From: an uncultured Opitutia bacterium
GTDB taxonomy: Bacteria > Verrucomicrobiota > Verrucomicrobiia > Opitutales > CAJWYM01
Assembly: GCA_913049555.1 (NCBI GenBank)
Contig: CAJWYM010000006.1
Location: 2,125 to 66,124 of the forward strand
Direction of reading: 5' to 3'
Length of the DNA stretch: 64,000 bases
The notes under the pieces were generated by a model that was not told the DNA's origin, did no database searches, and saw nothing but the letters and a program-made list of their open reading frames with translations. How positions within the stretch are numbered: position 1 is the first letter of the stretch; every line of letters starts with the position of its first letter. A program made the position numbers and the translations under genes. Positions 20,632 through 29,947 of this stretch are shown here, one piece after another.

Positions 20632-21423
20632 TTATTTGGATTGTTGGAGCATCCACTCGATCAGTCCATTTGTTTTATAGAGGTCTTTACCAAGGTTGTG
20701 TCCTTTATCAGGAAATAAGGACATTTTCGCTACTGAGGAACCTTTAGCTCGGATCGAGTGGATCATATCTGTAGTCCTATTTACTGGAACTACGGTATCC
20801 TTCTCTCCGTGGAAAGCCCAAATTGGAAGGTTCACCAATTTTGATTTCCAAAGTTCAATATTTTTGGTGATGTGTTTGGGGCCCTTTTCTCCAAGACCCC
20901 CGCAAATCGGAATGATGGCTGCAAAATGTTCTGGATTTGCGGAAGACCACATCCAAGTTCCATAACCTCCCATGCTGATTCCAGTCAGATAAATTCTTTT
21001 CGGGTCTATCTTTGGATTTTTGGCCTTTACATGATTTAAGAGGATATTAAGGTCGGCGGATCTCCAAACTCCTTTGCCTCCCTCTTTTGCTTTTTTTAAA
21101 GCTTGAGGAATGAGCAATAGAATCGGCTTTTTAAGAGCACCGAAAATTTTGGACTCTCCAAAATTTTTGAACTTTAATATGTCGTCTCCATTCCCTCCTT
21201 TTCCTCCTCCATGAAGAAAAATCAACAATGGTTTCTGGCTTTGTGAATCAATATTTTTTGAATCAAAAATTAAATAATTGGAGTTTAGCGATGAGGTCTC
21301 AGCTTGTAATTCTTTAGGCAATTCATATCGGTTCATTTCTAATGGGGAGGCGTTGAGAAATCCTAGTTTGGTGAAGAACCAAATTACTAGGGCATAGCCT
21401 GCTTTTTTGTTGCTTATTTTCAT
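20632..21423 (-). CDS. Secreted alpha/beta-hydrolase esterase (carbohydrate-esterase/peptidase-like)
   Basis: Signal peptide, LIFLHGGG oxyanion region, GISMGGYG nucleophile elbow (GxSxG), FHGEKDTVVP, and a GHN catalytic-His region. Confidence 0.75.
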   Translation of the reverse strand: MKISNKKAGYALVIWFFTKLGFLNASPLEMNRYELPKELQAETSSLNSNYLIFDSKNIDSQSQKPLLIFLHGGGKGGNGDDILKFKNFGESKIFGALKKPILLLIPQALKKAKEGGKGVWRSADLNILLNHVKAKNPKIDPKRIYLTGISMGGYGTWMWSSANPEHFAAIIPICGGLGEKGPKHITKNIELWKSKLVNLPIWAFHGEKDTVVPVNRTTDMIHSIRAKGSSVAKMSLFPDKGHNLGKDLYKTNGLIEWMLQQSK

Positions 21424-23285
21424 TATTGTTTCGTTCTTTTAGCACTTCGGAGCATTACTTTTTTCCAAAATGTTAAATACTTTTCCGTTGGACCAATGCC
21501 ACGGTTTTTTTGCCTAAAATCATACTCTTGAGAATTGGCAAATTCTGGCATTTCAAGCTGATTTCCTACCCAGTTTTTGTTTTGGGTCAAAATATAGGAA
21601 AGTTCCTTGTCAGGAGAACCTTTCAAGTGATGAGCAGAACTTTGAGAGGCGACATAATAATAGATCGGGTCTTCTTGGTTCTGGCTGTAGAAGTAATTGT
21701 TGACAATGGAGTTTTTAATAGAGAGGGGAGGATCAATATCCACCCCGTTTCCATTTGGATTTTTTCGAGCACTCATAAATTGTTTTTTGTTGTATCCCAT
21801 GGAAACCATCTCCTCAGAGGACTTCCATGAAATATCATTTGGGTAACTTCCATCCTTATTGACGGGTGAGACTCCAGCCCAAATGAGTCGATCATTCAAA
21901 ACCTCAGGATCTTTTACATGCTTCTTTAATACATGATACAAATTCTTGCCATCCATTGTGATCAATCCACGGTCTACTTTTTCTTTGTGCAATGCTTGTT
22001 CTGAAATACTAAGAATTGCTTTGCCTGGATTGTAGATAATGTTGCCCTTAATCGCCCAATTGTAAGCTCCAAAAATATCGATTGGAGACTTTCCTCCTTT
22101 GTAGATGAGATTGTTGTGAACATTGATATTCAAACATCTCTCAATCTTAATTGTTTTTTCATAGTTGGAATTGACAAATAAATTGTTGCGAATGGTGATG
22201 TTTTCGATTCGATTTTCCATATCAATTTCAGAGGATTTCCCACCGTTATTGTTGAAGAAAAGATTTCCCTCTACGAGGGCATCCTTAAAACGAACATCAA
22301 AATGAATTCCCGCAGCAGAATAGCCTAGATCGTGGATATAATTGTTTTTAATCACGGTGTTTTTTAATGAATTCCCGTTGATTGATAAAGCTTCGACAGA
22401 ATATCCCATTTGATCGATTTCAAATCTCCTCACTTCTGAAACTTCACAATACTCAATGCTATTATTGACATTATAATTTGTGGGAGTTCCTGTATAATTT
22501 GAAAGAATGCTAATGCCTCGACCATAACCATTCTTAAGTTTGCAATTTTTATAATGGACGAATGAACTTTTGTTGGTATTGAAACCGGTTCCCATCCATC
22601 CATCTAAAGTAACATTTTTAACAGTAATATTTTCCGAACTCATTATCTTGAGAACATCCCCACCAAAGATCTTCAGTCCTCCATGCTTTGTAGGTGCTTT
22701 TTCAGGACCAGTATTTTGTATTGAAATTCCTTCAAGAAGAACATGTCGGCATTGAATAAAGGAAAACATACGTTCTATCACTCCTCTTGAAAATTGGCCT
22801 TCTATTTTTCCAGATTTGGGACGATACTCAATTTGCCAATTATTATGAAGACGAGTGACTCTGTATACGGATCTGTTGTCGTTGAATTCCTCATCTCTGA
22901 AGGCATGTTTGATTCTTTCCTTAGAATTGAAAAGCATGTGAGGGTGTTTTGAGGTTTTACCAACGAATAAACCCTCTTCTTTCTCAATCCAATGGATCTT
23001 TATGATTTCGTCTCCTCTAAATATTGCTTTTCCAGGTTTTGCAGACCGAATCACAATAGGATTGTTTTTTGTGCCTTTGAGATGTTTAAAAGAGAGAGGT
23101 TTTCGATAGATTCCAGCTTTTAGTGTCAGGGTGTCTCCTTGTTTTAAGAGGGGAATTTCCTTAGAATTCGGAGAAAAATTGTAATTTTTACCATATAAAT
23201 TGAAGCCCAATGTCATCCATAATGAACAGACAAAGAGTATTTCTTTAGATCTTAAAGCAGAAATGATTTGGTTGAATATCAACAT
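21423..23285 (-). CDS. Secreted right-handed parallel beta-helix protein (polysaccharide lyase/hydrolase fold)
   Basis: Repeated N-rich coils (IKNNYIHD, VEGNLFFNN, IRNNLFVNS, VHNNLIYKG, IKGNIIYN) and an N-terminal hydrophobic leader. Its stop overlaps the esterase start by 1 nt. Confidence 0.7.
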   Translation of the reverse strand: MLIFNQIISALRSKEILFVCSLWMTLGFNLYGKNYNFSPNSKEIPLLKQGDTLTLKAGIYRKPLSFKHLKGTKNNPIVIRSAKPGKAIFRGDEIIKIHWIEKEEGLFVGKTSKHPHMLFNSKERIKHAFRDEEFNDNRSVYRVTRLHNNWQIEYRPKSGKIEGQFSRGVIERMFSFIQCRHVLLEGISIQNTGPEKAPTKHGGLKIFGGDVLKIMSSENITVKNVTLDGWMGTGFNTNKSSFVHYKNCKLKNGYGRGISILSNYTGTPTNYNVNNSIEYCEVSEVRRFEIDQMGYSVEALSINGNSLKNTVIKNNYIHDLGYSAAGIHFDVRFKDALVEGNLFFNNNGGKSSEIDMENRIENITIRNNLFVNSNYEKTIKIERCLNINVHNNLIYKGGKSPIDIFGAYNWAIKGNIIYNPGKAILSISEQALHKEKVDRGLITMDGKNLYHVLKKHVKDPEVLNDRLIWAGVSPVNKDGSYPNDISWKSSEEMVSMGYNKKQFMSARKNPNGNGVDIDPPLSIKNSIVNNYFYSQNQEDPIYYYVASQSSAHHLKGSPDKELSYILTQNKNWVGNQLEMPEFANSQEYDFRQKNRGIGPTEKYLTFWKKVMLRSAKRTKQ

Positions 23286-23465
23286 AGTATGCTAAGTATA
23301 TCATTCATCTACTTTTGTGAGCTCAAAATAGGTAGTTTTTATTGAAAAAAGAATCCTTAAAAATGAAATGAACAGTGAATTTTTTTAAGTTTCGTTTACA
23401 TATTTTACAAAATAAATCAATCTGGTTGTTTGCTAAAATAAATTCAATTATAAAGTCCACTAGAT

Positions 23466-24224
23466 ATGAGTAAAAATACCCAAATTCCCGCAATCTGGAA
23501 CTTGCCCGAGGAAGTGAATCGACGACTGGGATCGAAGGCTGGGAAACAAAGGGTGATTGCTGAGAGCGATCATATTTTGATTTTGTTGCACAAAGTGCCA
23601 AAAAAGAGTTCGAACCTTAGAGAGAGTTTATTTCTCTGGCGAAATGATAAAGGAGAGTGGCATTCTTCAGAAAGAGGAAATGGCCTTAAAACCTTGAAGG
23701 ATTTTCTTGAGAGCTTTAGCCATGCCGTGGATGAGTTGGAGGAAAGTTATGAATGCGCGACTGTGTCTACCGATTTTTTTAAATTACTAGAGGAACTGGC
23801 ACCCTTGCAAAGAACTGTCAAAAATATGAGTAGAACTTTGCAGGAAGCCAGACAAATAGTGGGTGTAGAAATGATCAATTACAGAGACCATTCTGAGGAG
23901 TTGTTTCGTTCTATAGATCTTCTCTATTCAGATTGTAAGCATGCACTGGATTATGCCATGGCCAAAAAAGCGGAAGAGCAGTCAGAACTTCAGAAACAGG
24001 CATTGATAGTAGGACATAGACTCAACATTATAATGGCATTATTTCTTCCAGCCACTGCGGTTGCAAGTCTGCTTGGAATGAATATAACCAACGGTTTAGA
24101 GAGTGAGACGAGCCGTAATTTTATGGTTGTTGTTATAGTTACCAGTTTATTGGGATTGGTGATGCGATACTGGGTTTTGAAAAAGCCCCGAATTTCTTTT
24201 TCTGAAAAGAGCAGTGAGTTCTAG
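23466..24224 (+). CDS. Short CorA-like divalent metal ion transporter
   Basis: C-terminal two-TM hairpin with LPATAVASLLGMNI (GMN motif). Cytoplasmic N-domain is shorter than in classical CorA. Confidence 0.7.
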   Translation: MSKNTQIPAIWNLPEEVNRRLGSKAGKQRVIAESDHILILLHKVPKKSSNLRESLFLWRNDKGEWHSSERGNGLKTLKDFLESFSHAVDELEESYECATVSTDFFKLLEELAPLQRTVKNMSRTLQEARQIVGVEMINYRDHSEELFRSIDLLYSDCKHALDYAMAKKAEEQSELQKQALIVGHRLNIIMALFLPATAVASLLGMNITNGLESETSRNFMVVVIVTSLLGLVMRYWVLKKPRISFSEKSSEF

Positions 24225-24302
24225 GATGGATGGCGTCTTTAAAATATTAGTAGATTTATGGCATGGTTTGTTTTTGGATAGTCAATCCGAACCTATCCAA
24301 TT

Positions 24303-24839
24303 TTAAGCCATTGGAATGATTGCTGGGTAGGGGTTAATTTCTAAAATGTTTTTTAAAGTAGTGGGTTGAGTTCGAGTAGAGGGTGTCTCCATTTCCTCTC
24401 TTAAGAATTCATTCAAATTACCATTCCTCCTTTTTTTAAGGAAAAGTTCCATGGTTGGATCCCTCGCATCTGGATCCAAATCTAGAATTTCTTTGTAGAG
24501 TTTTATCATTGCTAAAACTCCATCGAGGCTATGATCTTTTATTTTTCCATGAATGAGTTGAGGTTTCATGCTGCCGGCAACAAATGCAACGATTAGGAGA
24601 GATCCATATTTGTAATCCTCTTCCTCATGAATCCAAGGCAATACTTTTTCATCTATGTAAATGATACTTCTAAGGTTGTGCTTTGCATAAAGCATAATTT
24701 CTTTTGCCGCAAATTCAGCCTCGGAGCTGAAGGGATTCTTTTCAAAAATTGAAATTGCGTTCAATGCTGATTTTTCTGCTTCCTCAAATGGATTCAAATC
24801 CTCAATAATAAGAATTGAAAGTAATAGAGTAAATACCAT
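24303..24839 (-). CDS. Hypothetical protein with N-terminal hydrophobic anchor
   Basis: 178-aa ORF with no overlapping alternative and no recognisable motif. Confidence 0.4.
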   Translation of the reverse strand: MVFTLLLSILIIEDLNPFEEAEKSALNAISIFEKNPFSSEAEFAAKEIMLYAKHNLRSIIYIDEKVLPWIHEEEDYKYGSLLIVAFVAGSMKPQLIHGKIKDHSLDGVLAMIKLYKEILDLDPDARDPTMELFLKKRRNGNLNEFLREEMETPSTRTQPTTLKNILEINPYPAIIPMA

Positions 24840-24887
24840 ATTAAAATTTCGTTTAGGACAAAGCTCTGAATACTTGAATATTAAAAT

Positions 24888-24924
24888 GCAAAAAGGGAAG
24901 ATACCTTCAGGTAAACTTCCCTTT
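24888..24924 (-). terminator. Probable intrinsic terminator of sodA
   Basis: aaagggaag / cttcccttt stem 25 nt after the sodA stop, with a T-run on the minus strand. Confidence 0.6.
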
Positions 24925-24948
24925 CGAAAAAACGGTGACTAAAAAAAA

Positions 24949-25575
24949 TTAGCGAATTGCTTCTAGGTAATTTTTGTTAGCGACTTCCCAATCCACTACA
25001 TCCCAGAATGCAGCAATATAATCGGGTCGTTTGTTTTGGTATTTAAGGTAATAAGCGTGTTCCCAAACATCTAGACCGATTACAGGTTTGCCCTCAGTTT
25101 CTACAACGCCTTTCATGCATGGATTGTCTTGATTTGGGGAGGAAGTGACAGCGATGCTGTTGTCCTCTTGGACGATCAACCACGCCCAACCACTCCCAAA
25201 TCGATTGACTCCTGCTGCAGCGAATTGGTCTTTTAAATTTTCAAAACTTCCAAAAGTTTTTTGGATTGCTTCTGCAAGTTCACCCGATGGTTGACCGCCT
25301 CCATTGGGTGATAGAATGGACCAGAAAAAAGTGTGGTTTGCATGACCACCGCCATTGTTGCGAACTGGAGCTTGAAGATTTGCAGGTAAAGAGGATACAT
25401 TGCTTAAAAGTTCGCAAATGGAATGATCGCTGTATTCGGTTCCATCTAGGGCTGCATTCAGCTTCGTTATGTAGGTTTGGTGGTGTTTGGAATGGTGGAT
25501 CTCCATTGTTAGAGCATCGAAGTGAGGTTCCAATGCGTTGTAGTCATAATCCAATGATGGTAGTGTATGTGACAT
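24949..25575 (-). CDS. sodA: Superoxide dismutase, Mn-type
   Basis: [22 protein letters not shown] and [20 protein letters not shown] closely follow the E. coli SodA pattern rather than the SodB AAQ..NH pattern. Confidence 0.95.
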   Translation of the reverse strand: MSHTLPSLDYDYNALEPHFDALTMEIHHSKHHQTYITKLNAALDGTEYSDHSICELLSNVSSLPANLQAPVRNNGGGHANHTFFWSILSPNGGGQPSGELAEAIQKTFGSFENLKDQFAAAGVNRFGSGWAWLIVQEDNSIAVTSSPNQDNPCMKGVVETEGKPVIGLDVWEHAYYLKYQNKRPDYIAAFWDVVDWEVANKNYLEAIR

Positions 25576-25724
25576 ATGCTATTTCTGATTGATGATGATT
25601 TTATGTTCTAGCCAATCTGATTTTGGATGGCAGTCTTTTAATATATTTAGGTTTTGAAGCTAAATGAAATTGGGTTTTGTATAGGTAATTGAATTTTATA
25701 TCACGAGTTTAGAGGAAAAAGTCA

Positions 25725-26264
25725 ATGGGTAACAGTAAAATGGAACATTTTTGTTGGTTAGATTTAGAAATGACTGGATTAGATGTCAATAAAGATAAAA
25801 TTTTAGAAATTGCCATCCTAGTCACAGACAAATATTTCAATGAAAAAGGAAGATTTCACAATTATGTTTTTCAACCGGATGAGGTTTTAAAAGAGATGAA
25901 TCCTTGGTGCAAAAAACAACACAAAGCAAGTGGGCTTCTTGAAAAGGTGAGACAGGGAATTGCTTTGACTACTCTAGAGGAGGAGATTCCTATTTTCTTA
26001 AATTCATTTTTTCAGCCTGAGGATTCCATTGTATTGTGTGGTAACTCCATTGGTCAGGACCGAAAATTTGTTGAAAAATATTTGTCTAAATTTTCCTCTA
26101 GACTTCATTATAGAATGCTAGACGTATCAAGCTTTAAAATCCTTTTTGAGGAGAGGTATGCAATTAAATTTAAAAAAGCAAATTCCCATTTAGCAATGGA
26201 TGATATTTTGGAATCTATTGAGGAGCTTAAATATTATATGAAATCGATTTGTCCCTCTGAATAA
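25725..26264 (+). CDS. orn: Oligoribonuclease
   Basis: WLDLEMTGLD, GNSIGQDRKFV and HLAMDDILESIEELKYY (DEDDh exonuclease). Length 179 aa. Confidence 0.92.
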   Translation: MGNSKMEHFCWLDLEMTGLDVNKDKILEIAILVTDKYFNEKGRFHNYVFQPDEVLKEMNPWCKKQHKASGLLEKVRQGIALTTLEEEIPIFLNSFFQPEDSIVLCGNSIGQDRKFVEKYLSKFSSRLHYRMLDVSSFKILFEERYAIKFKKANSHLAMDDILESIEELKYYMKSICPSE

Positions 26265-26295
26265 AGGACAAAATGGAAGTTTGGAAATTGGATCT

Positions 26296-26925
26296 TTAAA
26301 TATTTCTCCAAGCTGGTTTTTCGATACGTTTGATTGCGTCTGCAATTTTTTTTGCAGCTTGCTCGTAGCGGTCCTTGTGCTGTTTGCCGGGGTCATACTC
26401 GGAGGGTTGCAATACTGGACCAAAGGCTATGTGAACCGAACCGGAAGAAGAAGGAAGTTTTTGGCCTTTTCCGTAGGCTTCAAAAGAGCCAAATATACGG
26501 GCTGGCAGAACGGGTGCATTCCCCCGACAGGCCAACATTCCAACTCCTTTTTTAACCTCTTGAATCGATCCATCAGGAGTTCTAGTTCCCTCCGGAAATA
26601 TCAGAATACCTTCTCCGTTTTGTAAAACTTTAAAAACGGATTTCATCGCTTTTACATCTGAGGATCCCCGTTCGACCGGGATGGTATTCACCTTGTGCAA
26701 GTACCACTCCATAACCCCTTTGAAGAGAGATTTCCTGGCAAAAAAATGAATATCCCTATTGAGTGCACAACCAACTGCAGGTGGATCAATAAAGCTAGCA
26801 TGATTGGAGGCGATTAAAACAGATCCCTTTTTGGGCATATGCTCTGTTCCAGAACATTCATATCCATAGAGCCATCTCAAAAGACCTCTTCCGATTCCCC
26901 AAGTAAATTGATAAGGTAAATTCAT
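26296..26925 (-). CDS. plsC: 1-acyl-sn-glycerol-3-phosphate acyltransferase
   Basis: NHASFIDP (HX4D) and FPEGTRT motifs. 4-nt overlap with cmk. Confidence 0.87.
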   Translation of the reverse strand: MNLPYQFTWGIGRGLLRWLYGYECSGTEHMPKKGSVLIASNHASFIDPPAVGCALNRDIHFFARKSLFKGVMEWYLHKVNTIPVERGSSDVKAMKSVFKVLQNGEGILIFPEGTRTPDGSIQEVKKGVGMLACRGNAPVLPARIFGSFEAYGKGQKLPSSSGSVHIAFGPVLQPSEYDPGKQHKDRYEQAAKKIADAIKRIEKPAWRNI

Positions 26926-27593
26926 GATGGGTATTCCTCAATTTTGTCACAGATAATTTGGACCACTTCTTCTAGAGAATGGATGCCACTGTCTATTGAA
27001 ATGGCGCCATTTACACATACAAGAGGAGCGACTTTTCTACTAGAATCCATTTTGTCTCTTTTCTCAACTTCATCTGCAATCCCCTCTTTCTCTCTACGCT
27101 TTTTTCTAGCGTCTAGGTCTGCATGCAGAAAGAATCTCAAGTCAGCATCAGGCAAGACAACAGACCCAATATCTCGACCTTCCATGACGATCCCTGAGTA
27201 ACCATTTTCTTTGGCAAAGGGAACTAGATTTCTTTGATAGTTGAGTAGGAAATAACGAATAATGGGTTCTGCTGCAAAATCAGAGACCACGTTGTTTACT
27301 TTTTCGCTGCGGAGATGTTCTGATTGATAAAGTCTCTCGTTGATCATTAAAGATGCCACTCGGTCCGCAACGATTTTGGTGGAGGGTTCTAAAGATTTTA
27401 TAGTGTCGTCTAATTTCTTCGTTGGTAAATCTTGAACAGACAATCCTTGATCTATTAAGGCTCGAGTTACAGTCCGGTAATGAGAACCAGTGTCGATGTG
27501 CATCCAGTTGTATTTTTCTGAAATGATTTTGGAGCTTGAGGATTTACCCGTGGCAGCACCTCCATCCATGGCAACTACTATAAAAGGATTCAT
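26922..27593 (-). CDS. cmk: Cytidylate kinase
   Basis: VAMDGGAATGKSS P-loop, HIDTGSHYR, GRDIGSVV. Position after aroA. Confidence 0.9.
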   Translation of the reverse strand: MNPFIVVAMDGGAATGKSSSSKIISEKYNWMHIDTGSHYRTVTRALIDQGLSVQDLPTKKLDDTIKSLEPSTKIVADRVASLMINERLYQSEHLRSEKVNNVVSDFAAEPIIRYFLLNYQRNLVPFAKENGYSGIVMEGRDIGSVVLPDADLRFFLHADLDARKKRREKEGIADEVEKRDKMDSSRKVAPLVCVNGAISIDSGIHSLEEVVQIICDKIEEYPS

Positions 27594-27594
27594 A

Positions 27595-28926
27595 TTATCT
27601 AAATTTAGTCAGTTCTTGGTAAAAGTTAGGAAAAGTTTTGGAACAACAGTAAGGATCCTCTATCCGAAGCCATGGGCTCTGGTTTTTTAGTAAATCATAA
27701 CTGCCTAAAATGGCGAAACTCATAGAGACTCGATGATCTTCATAGGTATGAACGATTGGTTGCTTTTTTGCGATTCTAACTAAGGCTGCTTTATTAGGGG
27801 TGATCGTTATAGAATCTTCGCTTTCTTTTACCTCTTGACCCAGTTTTTTAAGCTCTGTGGCCATTGCGTGAATTCGATCGGTTTCTTGTTTTCTCGTATG
27901 TTCGATCCCGTATATTTTAAGGGTAGATTCCATCAGAGGGCTCACAGCAGCAAGAGTCAAAAAGGTATCTGAGATTGGATTGAAATCAAAATTACCACCA
28001 GAAATCAAAAGCTCTTTTTCAATACTTACTTGGATGTTCGAATCAGACTGTTTAATTTGAAACCCTAAAGATTCGATCGTTTGTAAATAAGCAATATCCC
28101 CCTGCAGGGAGTTTTTTGGGATTCCTCGAACGTTGATTTCCCCACCGCTTATTAAGGGTAAAGTAAAGTAGTAGCTTGCTGCCGTTGCATCCGGTTCTAC
28201 TTGGTAAGAAGATTGGCTGCATTGATAATTGCTAGATGAGGGGATTTTAAAGGAATGGTTTTGAAAGCTATCAATTCCACAACCAAATTGCTTCATCATT
28301 TTGTAAGTCATGACAACAAAGGGTTTTGAAACAGTGTCCCCTTTTAATTGAATATGAACGTCCTCGTTCAAGATTGGCGCAATCATCATCAGTGCTGATA
28401 AAATTTGACTGCTAGCAGAGGCATCGACTGTCCATGAACCTGCCTCTAAAGATTTTGTTTTCATGGTAAATGGGAAATGCCACTTTTTTTGATGAAAACT
28501 AAATTCAACTCCCTTTTCTGAAAGGAATTCAAGGAGACCCCTCATCGGTCTTTTGCGCATGGCTTCCGTTCCATCCAGTTTGAAAAATCCATTCTTAGTG
28601 GTAGCCAGCATTGCAGTCAAAAATCTAGCTGCGGTGCCTGCATTTCCAACAAACAAGTCGGCTCTTTTGTTTGGGATTTCTCCACCAAGCCCGATAATAT
28701 CAATCGTTTTTTCTTTCTCGCATACTTGGATTTCAAAGCCTAGCTTTTGAAGCGCTTGGACCATAAACCGAGTGTCATCACTGAATAAGGTTCCACACAG
28801 TTTAATCGGGTTTGCGTTTAAAGATGCAAGAATTAGAGCTCGATTGGTTATACTTTTAGAACCAGGAATGGAGGCAACCCCTGAGATTGCATTTTTAAAA
28901 GGTAAAATTTCGAGGACTTCGGCCAT
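27595..28926 (-). CDS. aroA: 3-phosphoshikimate 1-carboxyvinyltransferase (EPSP synthase)
   Basis: PGSKSITNRALILASL, GNAGTAARFL, HTRKQETDRI, YEDHRVSMSFAI. Confidence 0.96.
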   Translation of the reverse strand: MAEVLEILPFKNAISGVASIPGSKSITNRALILASLNANPIKLCGTLFSDDTRFMVQALQKLGFEIQVCEKEKTIDIIGLGGEIPNKRADLFVGNAGTAARFLTAMLATTKNGFFKLDGTEAMRKRPMRGLLEFLSEKGVEFSFHQKKWHFPFTMKTKSLEAGSWTVDASASSQILSALMMIAPILNEDVHIQLKGDTVSKPFVVMTYKMMKQFGCGIDSFQNHSFKIPSSSNYQCSQSSYQVEPDATAASYYFTLPLISGGEINVRGIPKNSLQGDIAYLQTIESLGFQIKQSDSNIQVSIEKELLISGGNFDFNPISDTFLTLAAVSPLMESTLKIYGIEHTRKQETDRIHAMATELKKLGQEVKESEDSITITPNKAALVRIAKKQPIVHTYEDHRVSMSFAILGSYDLLKNQSPWLRIEDPYCCSKTFPNFYQELTKFR

Positions 28927-29047
28927 TCAATATTTGTCTTATAAAAAAGTGTGGATGGCAATGCCTTAATCGGTAAGGGCTTGTCTGATTCTTTAAATTC
29001 AGGAATGTTGAATTGAATTTGTTGGCTCATCGTTGCAAACTGAACTT

Positions 29048-29851
29048 ATGGATAAAATTACGAGCCGACAAAATGCTAGAGTTAAAGAGTTGGTCAAACT
29101 CCGTGATCGTTCGCATCGAGATAAAATGAGCAAATTTCTTATCGAGGGAAGTCGAGAGTTGCTAGCCGCCAAGAATAGCAAAATTTATGTAGAGGAACTT
29201 TACTGGTGTTCTGAATTTGGATCAGCGGCTAGAAGAGAAAAAACCTTAAAAGAGTTTGAGAAATCAAACACCCAATTGATTGAAACCACTCGAGAAGTAT
29301 TTGAAAAGTTTTCTAACCGTAAAAGTCCGGATGGAATTCTTGGTGTCGGATGGTATGAGAAAAAAAGCTTAGAAGATTATCCATTTAAGAGCGATAACCC
29401 ATTGATCTTAATTCTAGAGGGAGTTGAAAAGCCCGGCAATTTGGGTGCCATTTTAAGATCTGCAGACTGTGCTGGTGTGGATTTAGTTTTGTGTTCTGAT
29501 ATGGCGGTAGATATTTACAATCCGAATGTCATCCGATCCTCTCAAGGCCAGGTGTTTTCAGTGCCCCTGATTTCTGCTCCGAATGAATGGATATTAGAGT
29601 TTTTAAGAGAGGAACGGATCGAAATTATTGTTTCAACTCCCTCTGCCAAGGATCCTATTTGGAGTCAAACTATGAATGGTGCAATCGCGATTGTAATGGG
29701 GTCTGAAAAAGAAGGTGTCAGCGATTTTTGGATGAATGGATCTTTTCATTTAGCAAAGATTCCTCAATTTGGAGGCTCAGATTCTTTGAATCTGGCAGCA
29801 GCAACGATTGTTTTTTTGTATGAAGCCAATCGACAAAGAGTTCTGAGTTAG
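29048..29851 (+). CDS. SpoU/TrmH-family RNA 2'-O-methyltransferase
   Basis: EGVEKPGNLGAILRSADCAGV, IVMGSEKEGVS, SLNLAAATIVFLYE. ATG at 29048 is preferred to the TTG at 29033. Confidence 0.87.
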   Translation: MDKITSRQNARVKELVKLRDRSHRDKMSKFLIEGSRELLAAKNSKIYVEELYWCSEFGSAARREKTLKEFEKSNTQLIETTREVFEKFSNRKSPDGILGVGWYEKKSLEDYPFKSDNPLILILEGVEKPGNLGAILRSADCAGVDLVLCSDMAVDIYNPNVIRSSQGQVFSVPLISAPNEWILEFLREERIEIIVSTPSAKDPIWSQTMNGAIAIVMGSEKEGVSDFWMNGSFHLAKIPQFGGSDSLNLAAATIVFLYEANRQRVLS

Positions 29852-29947
29852 GATTTCAATTGCCAAAATAAATGAATCCTTTCAATGTTTATTAATCATC
29901 CTACGAATGGCTTTTAATTGTAGCCGATTAATTCCGATAAATTCAAT

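Noticed and set aside
26281-26625. Plus-strand ORFs of 114 and 73 aa overlapping plsC
   Set aside because: They are antisense to a gene with clear HX4D and FPEGTR motifs, so they are shadow ORFs.
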